In this document: piece by piece, positions 28,035 to 36,665 of the stretch | Numbering within the stretch: the first letter of the stretch is position 1 | How the letters are laid out: every line of letters starts with the position of its first letter | NCBI GenBank assembly: GCA_963523845.1 | Contig: CAURFS010000001.1 | Span: 1 to 49,406 of the forward strand | Source: an uncultured Campylobacter sp. | GTDB taxonomy: Bacteria > Campylobacterota > Campylobacteria > Campylobacterales > Campylobacteraceae | Reading direction: 5' to 3' | DNA: 49,406 bases | Program-made: the position numbers and the translations under genes | The notes under the pieces: generated by a model | Seen by the model: only the letters and a program-made list of their open reading frames with translations | The model's database searches: none | Told to the model about the DNA's origin: nothing

Positions 28035-28104
28035 GTCTAGCGTTCCAAATTCCCACGCAAAGCGCGATTATCCCGCCGATGACAAAAGCAAGGTCTGCGG
28101 TCAT
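28012..28104 (-). CDS. 30-aa single-TM peptide
   Basis: MTADLAFVIGGIIALCVGIWNARR..., ATGA overlap with upstream gene. Confidence 0.45.
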   Translation of the reverse strand: MTADLAFVIGGIIALCVGIWNARRENQTRD

Positions 28105-28310
28105 TTTTCGTTTGCTACGCTTTCTACAAGTTTCGCCAGCGCCTGCGTCTCTAGCCCGCGCTCAATCAAAACCGCCATAAAATCAATACAAAACCTCACC
28201 ACCTCGCTATCGTTTTTGAACCCTTTTTTGTTTTGGATTTTGACGATGGCGGCGATGTTTTGGTTTGAAAGCTTGAAAGCCTTGCTATTGTCATACTTCG
28301 GCGCTACCAT
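28101..28310 (-). CDS. Small regulator at the cII position
   Basis: 69 aa after cro; NDSEVVRFCI suggests ribbon-helix-helix. Confidence 0.6.
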   Translation of the reverse strand: MVAPKYDNSKAFKLSNQNIAAIVKIQNKKGFKNDSEVVRFCIDFMAVLIERGLETQALAKLVESVANEK

Positions 28311-28536
28311 TCTTAGCCTTTCGTAATATTTTCAGAGAGCCGAATTTTTGGCTATTCTTCAACACATAGGATTTGATGTTATACCATGCGTTTGCCGGTA
28401 TACCGAAGCTCTTATCCATGATTTCGATGTCGGCTATGCTCGGCGAAGTCAAACCGCTAAACCAAAAGCTAACGGCGGGATGAGTTTTGTTCGTTGCTCG
28501 CGCAATGTCGATTATTTTAATTTTCTGATGTTCCAT
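28291..28536 (-). CDS. Cro-like HTH regulator
   Basis: DIARATNKTHPAVSFWFSG HTH; divergent from cI. Confidence 0.8.
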   Translation of the reverse strand: MEHQKIKIIDIARATNKTHPAVSFWFSGLTSPSIADIEIMDKSFGIPANAWYNIKSYVLKNSQKFGSLKILRKAKNGSAEV

Positions 28537-28545
28537 AGGGGCTAT

Positions 28546-28595
28546 GTTAGCTAAACTTACTTTAATAAATTCTTAATTTAGTAAGTTTAGCTAAC
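28546..28595. promoter_or_regulatory. OR operator pair overlapping PR
   Basis: GTTAGCTAAACTTAC (28546-28560) and its exact inverse (28581-28595), 20-bp spacer. Confidence 0.85.
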
Positions 28596-28635
28596 TCAAA
28601 ATATTGTAAATTTATTAATTTAGAAAGGATCAAGT

Positions 28636-29379
28636 ATGACTCTCGGCAGCAAGATTAAGCGAGCAAGAAGCGCGAAAAAGATGACCCAACTACAACTATC
28701 TGAGGTAGTCGGCGTTAATAGGGCTTCTATAGCGCAATACGAAACAGATACTTTTGTTCCGCCGATAAGCACGCTAAAGAAAATCGCTGATGCCTGCGAT
28801 GTCGATATGTTGTATTTTTTTGACGACGAGGACGCGTCAAAAAACCAGATCGTCAAAAAAGAGCTGAAAAACAATTTTGAAAAATACGCTCATCTTATCC
28901 CTGCCGAGTATAGTCTGAAAAACGTGGTGTTTCTCTCTAAATCGGAGATGCTTATCGGCGCGGGCAGTGAAGGCGCGTATGATTTGGATCTGTTTAACAA
29001 AGAAACCAAGATCGCCGTGGATCGCTCTTTCATTAAGGGGCTTGACCCCAAGAATTTAAAACTTTTCGAGGTGGTGGGCGATAGCATGCAGCCCGAATAT
29101 GACGAGGGGGATTTAGCGATCGTCGATATGGTAAATTTCAGGGGCGATTTTATCAAAATAGGCGGCATTTACGTCGTGCGCGTGGGCGACGTAGTTTATG
29201 TTAAAAGGGTCGAGTTTTTGCCGAAAGGCGCTATTAAGCTCATTAGCCTAAACTCCAAATATGGCGATCTATACCCGCATAAAGAGGGCTACGAATACGA
29301 AATTTTAGGCAAGGTCTGCGGCAAGATCAAGCTAGAAATTCAAAAGGGGCTGACGTTTAGCGATAACGGGATAAAATAG
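28636..29379 (+). CDS. CI-like repressor (XRE HTH + S24 peptidase)
   Basis: N-terminal HTH, AG cleavage site, GDSM and VKR catalytic motifs. Confidence 0.95.
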   Translation: MTLGSKIKRARSAKKMTQLQLSEVVGVNRASIAQYETDTFVPPISTLKKIADACDVDMLYFFDDEDASKNQIVKKELKNNFEKYAHLIPAEYSLKNVVFLSKSEMLIGAGSEGAYDLDLFNKETKIAVDRSFIKGLDPKNLKLFEVVGDSMQPEYDEGDLAIVDMVNFRGDFIKIGGIYVVRVGDVVYVKRVEFLPKGAIKLISLNSKYGDLYPHKEGYEYEILGKVCGKIKLEIQKGLTFSDNGIK

Positions 29380-29446
29380 GGCGCGTAATCGGGTCATATT
29401 TTATAAATTTTAAAAGGTTTTAAAAAACGTAACAGGGTAAATAATT

Positions 29447-30517
29447 ATGAAGGTTATCGTCGGGCTTAGCAGGGCATCCTCTAAAAAGAATATCCCGAAT
29501 ATGAAAAGGAAAATAAGAAAGCAATTTAAGCGCAAAAATAAAAAATGTGGTCGAGAACACACATTCGCCCCTCCGCGCGATATTTATCATAAAAACAAGG
29601 TACTACATAAAATTGATATGCCCGAGAAAATGATTTTTCCGGAAGATATCAAGACGCTAAATTCTACACTAGAGGAGCTCGACTACTACAGAAACAAAAG
29701 ACATAGCCATAGAATATCAATAGATCATAGAAAAATGACCGTAATAGACAATGCGTCTATACTTCTAATGACCGTCGGTATAAATAATATTTTTCACGGA
29801 GAAAAATTAATAAGAAATAGCAAGGTTTCTCCTCCGAAGCTAATAGATCAAAGATTAGCGGCTATAGGCTATTGGGGCGCGCTATGTATAAATCCCAAAA
29901 AAGAAACTATCGAAGAGGGAAGGAAATACTTACAAATAGACTATCGAGACGGCGAAAGCATAGACAACGAATTCCACTATCCCATTATAGATTTTTTTAC
30001 GGGAAAAGATCGAATTTTAGAGAAAAATAAAGATGAGTTATTCGACGCGATATTTGAAGCGATGGCAAATTCTAGCGAACACGCCTTTGTGAATTTTGAC
30101 GGAGATAAAAAGATATGGTTTATGGGGGCTTACAATGAGGAAGAAAAAGAAATTGAATTTATTTTTTATGATACGGGCATCGGGATATTTAGGTCACTAG
30201 AGATTGGAAGAGGCGAATTTGTTCGAAAGTTTTACCGAATATCAAGACGTATCGGGAAAGAAAACACTTTAAGAACCCTGTGCAAGTCAAATTTATCAAG
30301 ATACAAAGACAAAAATAATAATAGAGGCTTTGGGATGATAGCGTTTAAGAATTTTATAGATACCATTAAGCGAGACAGTAGCAAAGACGCTTCTTTGGAG
30401 GTCGCCACGGACGAATTCCTATATTTAACAAAAAACGATAAAATAATACGGCTGAAATCCAAGATACAAGGAACGTTTATTAGATGGTCCATAAAAGATT
30501 TGGGCGCAGGAGTATAA
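29447..30517 (+). CDS. STAS-like plus GHKL (anti-sigma/kinase-type) ATP-binding protein
   Basis: EAMANSSEHA N-box, DTGIGI G1, RGFGM G2; AT-rich. Confidence 0.75.
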   Translation: MKVIVGLSRASSKKNIPNMKRKIRKQFKRKNKKCGREHTFAPPRDIYHKNKVLHKIDMPEKMIFPEDIKTLNSTLEELDYYRNKRHSHRISIDHRKMTVIDNASILLMTVGINNIFHGEKLIRNSKVSPPKLIDQRLAAIGYWGALCINPKKETIEEGRKYLQIDYRDGESIDNEFHYPIIDFFTGKDRILEKNKDELFDAIFEAMANSSEHAFVNFDGDKKIWFMGAYNEEEKEIEFIFYDTGIGIFRSLEIGRGEFVRKFYRISRRIGKENTLRTLCKSNLSRYKDKNNNRGFGMIAFKNFIDTIKRDSSKDASLEVATDEFLYLTKNDKIIRLKSKIQGTFIRWSIKDLGAGV

Positions 30518-30520
30518 CCG

Positions 30521-30844
30521 ATGGAAGATAAAATCATATATAATTTTGCTGAAAATTTTACAGATGCACCGGGCCCTAGATATAGAAAGCTCGGAGATAA
30601 ATCGGGGGAGGAATTTAGAGAAGACGTATTAAAGGGGTTATTGGATAAATATGATATCGTAGAAATAGACGGTAGCAATATAAAAACCTCTTTTAACCCG
30701 TCTTTTTTATCCGAGGCCTTTTCTCCGCTATATGAGCAATTAGGAGAAGAGGAATTTTTTAGGAGAGTCAGGCTGTTTAGCTTCGATAACCCTAAGCTAG
30801 AAGAAAAATTTAGAGCTTTTTCTATGCCGCTAATAAAGCAATAA
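30521..30844 (+). CDS. STAS-like (DUF4325-type) protein
   Basis: PGPRY..G..SGEEFRE and SFLSEAF motifs. Confidence 0.8.
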   Translation: MEDKIIYNFAENFTDAPGPRYRKLGDKSGEEFREDVLKGLLDKYDIVEIDGSNIKTSFNPSFLSEAFSPLYEQLGEEEFFRRVRLFSFDNPKLEEKFRAFSMPLIKQ

Positions 30845-30847
30845 ACA

Positions 30848-31357
30848 ATGAGTGCTCCGTTTTGGCTCTCTTTGATAGCCATATTTTTTACCCTTATTAA
30901 CTTTGTATATCTACTAACCAAAGATAGGTTTCAAAAGGTCGATAGTGAAAGAAAAGAGTGCTTATCGGTTTTAAAAGACTGCTTTTCGAAGATTTTAAAA
31001 AAAGATTATGACGGCAATGTTGTAGCGCTCACATCAAACATCGAGGCGCTCAGCTATTTAACTATTATTCGACTAAATTATATAAATGTCAATAGATTTT
31101 CACTAGCCGTTAGTGACTATGATGAAGAAAATATATCTGAAGAAAAAATGATTGGCGAATATAAACAATTAATAGAAAAAATATATAAAGCGGATATTTC
31201 GCTATACGAGTATATAAAAGAGCTCCTTAAAAAGAAAATTGATTATGGTGAATACAAACCGTTAATGAGTAAACTGTATGAAATAGATATTACAGTGTGT
31301 GAGGTAGAGAAAGAATATAAAAAGCTATTGAAAAAGACAAAAGATTTTCGAAAATAG
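30848..31357 (+). CDS. Hypothetical protein with N-terminal TM helix
   Basis: 169 aa, AT-rich, 3 bp after STAS gene. Confidence 0.7.
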   Translation: MSAPFWLSLIAIFFTLINFVYLLTKDRFQKVDSERKECLSVLKDCFSKILKKDYDGNVVALTSNIEALSYLTIIRLNYINVNRFSLAVSDYDEENISEEKMIGEYKQLIEKIYKADISLYEYIKELLKKKIDYGEYKPLMSKLYEIDITVCEVEKEYKKLLKKTKDFRK

Positions 31358-31621
31358 CTCTATTGATTGCTGCCTTTTTTAGTTTTTAGCGGCAAGGTCG
31401 TCTCTAACCATAGATGATAGGTGTGGGCGTACGATCGGCGCGATTATCCTATTTCCCCGCATAAGTGGAGAAAGCGGCGTGCTAAATGTCAGATACAAAA
31501 CCCTGCTTAGTTATTTAAAGGCCTGCGACAAGAGTATAGCGATATTTTAGAGCTTAAATTTCTTCTTTATCGCGCTAAAAGGCTTCGGCTTAAATTCGCC
31601 TTGATATGGCGCGCTATTTTT

Positions 31622-31840
31622 TTACCATTTCGGCTTTTTCGTGCCTCTTTTGCCGGTGTATGGATTGCTCCTACCCTTGCTCGACCAGTTGTCGCGCTGC
31701 GTGCGGTTTTTATTCGATCGGTAGTGAGGCTTTACGTATTTGCCCTTTTTGGTGACGTATCCGCCGACCCTTTGAGCGCCCAAAGATACCGACGGCGCGA
31801 GCAAAAAAGCCGCCAAGACTAAAGCGAGTAGTTTTTTCAT
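31622..31840 (-). CDS. Small secreted basic protein
   Basis: Signal peptide; VGGYVTKKGKYVKPHYRS..DNWSSKG..NPYTGKRG motif seen in prophage proteins. Confidence 0.8.
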   Translation of the reverse strand: MKKLLALVLAAFLLAPSVSLGAQRVGGYVTKKGKYVKPHYRSNKNRTQRDNWSSKGRSNPYTGKRGTKKPKW

Positions 31841-31851
31841 TTTATGATCCT

Positions 31852-32454
31852 TTATTTGTAAATTTCCGCTTTTAGCATCTTTTCCTCAATGTATAAAACT
31901 ATATGCTGCTGTGTGACATTGGCCTTCGCCTCTATTAGATAGCTTATATATAAGGTCAAGGCAGATTGATAAGGATATGTAGCTTTTAATCCAAACAAGA
32001 ATGATATACAAAGGCAAAGAATAGATGTGCCGTCCCCAGGATAAGAGGTTAAAATAAAAATGAATAAAAATAAAAAAGTTTCCGTCGCCCCGAAGCAAAA
32101 GGCTGCTATTTTCCATAGAATTTTAGATTTGGCGATTATGGCTAGATTTATTTCGTCTCCTATTTCAGACATAGCCTTTTTGTAGTCATCGGGGTTTCTT
32201 TCGCTTCCAATCCAATCCTTATCTATCTTCCGAGATATCCTTTCGAAACGTCCAATAAACCCATAATTTACGCTATCGTCTATATCATTTAGGTTAAAGT
32301 CATCCCAAAAAATAAGCTTATAAATCAGTGCCTTTTTCCCGAGCCAAAGCATACCTAATACAAAAACAGCAATTACGACGGGAGCGCTAGCCAGCCCTAA
32401 TGCTAAAATACCGATGCCTAGAAGTATTACACATAAAAATTTTAAGATTGACAA
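31852..32454 (-). CDS. Four-TM membrane protein (moron)
   Basis: 200 aa, AT-rich, minus-strand TATAAT at 32482-32487. Confidence 0.7.
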   Translation of the reverse strand: MSILKFLCVILLGIGILALGLASAPVVIAVFVLGMLWLGKKALIYKLIFWDDFNLNDIDDSVNYGFIGRFERISRKIDKDWIGSERNPDDYKKAMSEIGDEINLAIIAKSKILWKIAAFCFGATETFLFLFIFILTSYPGDGTSILCLCISFLFGLKATYPYQSALTLYISYLIEAKANVTQQHIVLYIEEKMLKAEIYK

Positions 32455-32498
32455 CGCAAACCTCGTTTAAAATTTCGTGAAATTATACTGCAAAAAAT

Positions 32499-32550
32499 GT
32501 TAGTTAAACTTATCTTTTTCAGCAAAATTTAAAGTAAGTTTAGCTAACAT
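32499..32550. promoter_or_regulatory. OL operator pair overlapping PL
   Basis: GTTAGTTAAACTTAT (32499-32513) and GTAAGTTTAGCTAAC (32534-32548), same 20-bp spacer as OR; TAACAT -10. Confidence 0.85.
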
Positions 32551-32700
32551 TCCCTCATCAAAACCAAGGTGCCCCACACCTAGCCCGCGTTGAGCTAAAG
32601 CTACGGGAAGCGTCCGTATGGATACGACAACCCATACCCGAGTAATCAGCCCCGATAGCGACAAGTTCGGGGGTAGAAAAATCCTTGTCAAATTTTTTAT

Positions 32701-32784
32701 GGCGGACGTATGTTAAGTGGAAAACTCTGGACGTCCTTAAACAGAAGGGGGAATGCTGGGTTCAAGTCCCGCCGTCCGCCGCCA
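32701..32784 (+). tRNA. Atypical tRNA-like gene, anticodon unassignable
   Basis: GGCGGACG/CGTCCGCC stem plus GCCA end, D-loop AAGTGGAA, T-loop GGTTCAAGTCC; irregular anticodon arm. Confidence 0.6.
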
Positions 32785-32904
32785 TATCCATAAATGAGCC
32801 TCCGCTCGCCTTGCTCCTTAGGCGGTTAAAAATCTTTGCTGTATCTTTTCGAATGAAATTTTAAATCGGAGGCTCTTTTATGGATATTTTTTAAGGAGAA
32901 AACG

Positions 32905-33114
32905 ATGGAAAATCAAGAGTTTGAAACTGCTGCGGCGGAGTTCGCGGATAGCATTTCGGATTATCTGCACTCCGTAGCGGAGCATCTATGCGAAGTTTCT
33001 AAGATGAGCGGCATCGGGTTAAGCGATCTGCTAATAGACCTCGCGCTGCTGGCAAGAGCGATAGATCGGGAAAGGGAGAGTGGCAATGCTAAAGCTTCTG
33101 AAAAGACTATTTAA
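32905..33114 (+). CDS. Early phage protein
   Basis: 69 aa with TAAGGAG RBS. Confidence 0.75.
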   Translation: MENQEFETAAAEFADSISDYLHSVAEHLCEVSKMSGIGLSDLLIDLALLARAIDRERESGNAKASEKTI

Positions 33115-33172
33115 GAGGCACGCGAAATTTGTCATCTCAAATTTGAGATTTGGGATATTGAAAGGATGAAAG

Positions 33173-33802
33173 ATGAATGTTTTTAAAAAATATTGCCCCA
33201 ATGTATGGGTGGCACAATGTGACGAAAAGCACGATAAAGGCGAGGTTATCACTCTTGAAACGCAATATGGCAAAAAGGTCGAATGTGAGGTCTATAACCT
33301 GCTAGCAGACAAAAACGACAAGTTTTATTACTCAATCGTGAGATTAGGGGAAAGCTATGCAACAAGAAAAGCAGAGAAATACAGAAACTCGCAAGTGGCG
33401 CACGCGAAAAAGAGCTTCGAGTGGTATCAAAAAAGCCAAGAGGGCGCAGAGTTTCTAAGGCTCGGCGAGCCGATAAAGGTCGGGCATCACAGCGAGCATA
33501 GGCACAGAGCGTTAATTGAGCGCAACTGGAACAGGATGGGGAATAGCGTAAAAGAGCAAGAAATCGCCGACGAAAGAGCGCGCAAAACCGAGTATTGGGA
33601 GGGCAAGATAGGAGATATAAATTTATCGATGCCCGAAAGCTTAGAATACTTTGCAGCGCTGCTCGAACAAGCCAAAGCGCGCCAACAAGGATTAAAAGAC
33701 GGCACAATAGAACGCGAGCACGGTTATAGCTTAACTTATGCTACAAAAGCAGTAAAAGAGCTAGCGCAGAAAGTAGAATTAGCCCAAAAGCTATGGGGCT
33801 AA
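33173..33802 (+). CDS. DUF3560-domain protein
   Basis: GEPIKVGHHSEHRHRALIER signature. Confidence 0.8.
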   Translation: MNVFKKYCPNVWVAQCDEKHDKGEVITLETQYGKKVECEVYNLLADKNDKFYYSIVRLGESYATRKAEKYRNSQVAHAKKSFEWYQKSQEGAEFLRLGEPIKVGHHSEHRHRALIERNWNRMGNSVKEQEIADERARKTEYWEGKIGDINLSMPESLEYFAALLEQAKARQQGLKDGTIEREHGYSLTYATKAVKELAQKVELAQKLWG

Positions 33803-33849
33803 AATCCATTAACGGGCTAGTTTATTTCTAGCCCTAGAAAGGATAAACA

Positions 33850-33984
33850 ATGAGTTTAAAAGAGTTTAGAAAAGAATTTAGAGCCTATCGGACTTGGATA
33901 GGCGTCAATAAACACACAAAATTTAGCAGCTTTGCCAAATTTGTAAATGCTAGAAAAAAGGATATACGATGCGCGAAACAATGA
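33850..33984 (+). CDS. Small basic protein (44 aa, not in ORF track)
   Basis: AAGGA RBS, MSLKEFRKEF... Confidence 0.5.
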   Translation: MSLKEFRKEFRAYRTWIGVNKHTKFSSFAKFVNARKKDIRCAKQ

Positions 33985-34790
33985 GTATCAAAGACTACCA
34001 CGCGCGAGCCGAAATCTCTAAAAGCGATCTTGATTTGCTTGCCAAAAGCCCCTACCACTTCAAATTCAAAGACGAGTTTGAAAAGCCTGATAGCAAGGCT
34101 CTAACCTTAGGATCCGCCGTGCATAAGCTGGTTTTAGAGCCTGCGGATTTTTTAGAAGAATTTGCCGCAGAGCCTAAAGCTGATAGGCGCACCAAAGAGG
34201 GCAAAGAAATCTACGCGGAGTTTTTAAAGGGCGCGGAGGGCAAGATCATCCTAGACGCCGAAGCTTACGAAAAAGCGACCGCTATCGCGAATGCGGTGGG
34301 TTCTATGAGAGAGACGGCGCTTTTTTTAAAAGACGGGCTGGCGGAGCAGAGCTATTTTGCGGAGATTGAGGGGGTGCCCGTGAGGTGTCGCCCCGATTTT
34401 CTCAACGAAGAGCTAGGGCTTTGCGTAGATTTGAAAACGACCTCCGACGCTAGTGCGGACGGATTTGCAAAATCGGTGGCAAATTTTAACTACCACATCC
34501 AAGCGGCGTTTTATACCGACATCTTGCGTCTATGCGGCAAGCGGGTAGAAAACTTCCTTTTTATCGCTGTCGAAACCAAAAAGCCCTATATGACGGGCTT
34601 TTATACGCTAGATGAGGCGGCGATAGAGCAAGGGCGCAAGACGTATCTAGCCCTGCTTGAGCGCTATAAACTATGTATGGAGCGCAACGAGTGGTGGGGA
34701 TATGCCAAGTTTGAGCCCGAGAGTAAAGAGATAGAGGCGGTGCAGACGCTAAGCCTGCCTGCGTGGAAATTTTATGAAAGTATAGCATAA
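33969..34790 (+). CDS. RecE/exonuclease VIII-like PD-(D/E)XK nuclease (DUF3799)
   Basis: ISKSDL, GSAVH, RCRPD, VDLKTT and YHIQAAFY motifs. Confidence 0.9.
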   Translation: MRETMSIKDYHARAEISKSDLDLLAKSPYHFKFKDEFEKPDSKALTLGSAVHKLVLEPADFLEEFAAEPKADRRTKEGKEIYAEFLKGAEGKIILDAEAYEKATAIANAVGSMRETALFLKDGLAEQSYFAEIEGVPVRCRPDFLNEELGLCVDLKTTSDASADGFAKSVANFNYHIQAAFYTDILRLCGKRVENFLFIAVETKKPYMTGFYTLDEAAIEQGRKTYLALLERYKLCMERNEWWGYAKFEPESKEIEAVQTLSLPAWKFYESIA

Positions 34791-34800
34791 GGATAAAAAA

Positions 34801-35037
34801 ATGAAAGTAAAAGCAAGTTTTAGAGGCGATGAGATAGAAACAGACGTTGAGCCCGTAAATGGCGGCTATTTTAGTTTGGATTTCAACGGGGCTTATTTAA
34901 TGGAGATATTTTACGATGGCAAAGAGTTTTACCCTACTGGCCCAATAATGGACGGCTGGGGTAACCTCGATGTTCCCTTCGAAAATAGCGAAGTAAAGAT
35001 TGAAAGGATAGACAATGAACCAACTACAACAAACTAA
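34801..35037 (+). CDS. Hypothetical acidic protein
   Basis: 78 aa with AAGGA RBS. Confidence 0.7.
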   Translation: MKVKASFRGDEIETDVEPVNGGYFSLDFNGAYLMEIFYDGKEFYPTGPIMDGWGNLDVPFENSEVKIERIDNEPTTTN

Positions 35038-36049
35038 ACCTCAAAGCCCGGCAAAGAATTTTAATAGCTTAATGGCGAAATTTGCCGAGCAAAAAATGAG
35101 TGAGATCGTAGCCCTTAGCGGCGGAAGCAAGGTCAAGGCGGACAAATTCGTAACCGATTTAACTCTGCTTGGAATGGATAAGAATATTTTAGAGTGCGAA
35201 CCCGTATCCGTCTTTAGCGTCGCGTTAAAAATCGCACAGGTAGGCCTATCTATCGTAAAAGAGCAGAAGCAGGCCTACATCGTGCCGTTTATGGAGCAAG
35301 GCGTCAAAAAAGCTCAACTGCAAATAGGCTACATCGGCTGGCGAATTTTAGCAAAGCGCGCGGGATATGACATAGACGCCGAGCTGGTGTATGAGTGCGA
35401 TAAATTTGAATACACGGTCGATGAAAACGGCAAGAAATTTATATTTGAAGCCAATCTAAAAGACCGCAACGAAACCGACGCTGCGTGGATAAATGAGAAT
35501 TTATTAGGCGCGATGGTGTGGGCTAGAGATAAAAACGGCGTAACCAAAGATTTCATTAGCGCAAAGAAGCTAAATCAGCTAAAAAACACCAATCAGGCGG
35601 TAAAAAAGGGCAAATTTTCAGCGTGGACGAATTGGAGTGAGGAGATGTATAAGGCAAAGGCCATTAAATACGTCGCTTCAAAGCTGCCAACCGACGATTT
35701 TATGCTTATGAGCGCAGTAAACGCCGAAAACGAGGCCTACAAAGAACAGCCTAAAATCGAAACTCCCGCAACTCAAAATTTAAACGAGCTTTTGGCAAAA
35801 GCTGCGGAAAACCCTATCGCCGAACTTTCAAAACCGACGGAGGAGATCATCGAAGCCGCGCCGCTAGAGATAGACGTAAACGAGGAGGTGCTACCGCTTG
35901 ACACTCTGCAAAACGAATTAGTGGCGAGAGGCGTGGACGAAATCGAAGCGGAAAAGCGGATGGAAAGGCTAAGCCCTGATGAGGCAAGGGCATATTTAGC
36001 CGATCCGAATAGCATTGACGCGCTAGCAGAGGAGCTAAGAAATGAATAA
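35015..36049 (+). CDS. recT: RecT-family recombinase
   Basis: AYIVPF, AQLQIGYIG, VYECDKF and EEMYKAKAIK motifs; next to RecE-like gene. Confidence 0.88.
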   Translation: MNQLQQTKPQSPAKNFNSLMAKFAEQKMSEIVALSGGSKVKADKFVTDLTLLGMDKNILECEPVSVFSVALKIAQVGLSIVKEQKQAYIVPFMEQGVKKAQLQIGYIGWRILAKRAGYDIDAELVYECDKFEYTVDENGKKFIFEANLKDRNETDAAWINENLLGAMVWARDKNGVTKDFISAKKLNQLKNTNQAVKKGKFSAWTNWSEEMYKAKAIKYVASKLPTDDFMLMSAVNAENEAYKEQPKIETPATQNLNELLAKAAENPIAELSKPTEEIIEAAPLEIDVNEEVLPLDTLQNELVARGVDEIEAEKRMERLSPDEARAYLADPNSIDALAEELRNE

Positions 36050-36665
36050 AATTGTTTTAATTGGAAATTTAACCCGCGATATCGAGCTGCAATACACGCA
36101 GAGCGGATATTGCGTCGGGAACACGGGTATCGCCGTAACGAGAAAATTCAAGAACGCGCAAGGGGAAACGGCAGAGGAAACCTGCTTTATTGACCTGAAG
36201 TTTTTCGGGCGCACGGCGGAGGTCGTAAATCAATACCTCCGCAAAGGCTCAAAGCTTGCCGTAGAGGGCAGGTTGAAGCTAGATCAGTGGCAGGATCAAA
36301 ACGGACAAAACCGCAGCAAACACGTAGTAGAGGTAGAGAGCCTAGAGATGCTAGGCAACAATCAGGGCGGGCAGAGCAACCAAAGCAGCGGCACGCAAAC
36401 CTACGCTCAAAGCGGCGGAGCGCAAAGCCGAACCAAAAAACCCGCCGCCGATAAATACGATGCGGCAACGACACGATCCCGTTTTAAGGAGGAAGCGATG
36501 GCAGATGCAGAATGGCTAAACGAATACGGCGACTTCGATGAATGGCGCGCCGCGGCAAGGGCGAAATGGATGGAGGATTATGGCGCCGATGAGGCCTATG
36601 ATAGGATGATAGACGATGCGATAGATTTTGCAGAGAGGGAACCCTATGTGGATGAACGCGAGTGA
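36042..36665 (+). CDS. ssb: Single-stranded DNA-binding protein, apparently frameshift-fused to a downstream 55-aa ORF (36498-36665)
   Basis: MNKIVLIGNLTRD OB fold; DTIPF-stop tail lies out of frame at 36470-36487. Confidence 0.9.
   Translation: MNKIVLIGNLTRDIELQYTQSGYCVGNTGIAVTRKFKNAQGETAEETCFIDLKFFGRTAEVVNQYLRKGSKLAVEGRLKLDQWQDQNGQNRSKHVVEVESLEMLGNNQGGQSNQSSGTQTYAQSGGAQSRTKKPAADKYDAATTRSRFKEEAMADAEWLNEYGDFDEWRAAARAKWMEDYGADEAYDRMIDDAIDFAEREPYVDERE

Noticed and set aside
30232..30921. 229-aa minus-strand ORF
   Set aside because: Shadow of the GHKL and STAS genes, which have clear motifs on the plus strand.
36435..36454. Programmed -1 frameshift at AAAAAACCC restoring the SSB tail
   Set aside because: The -1 frame hits TAA at 36452-36454 before reaching DTIPF.
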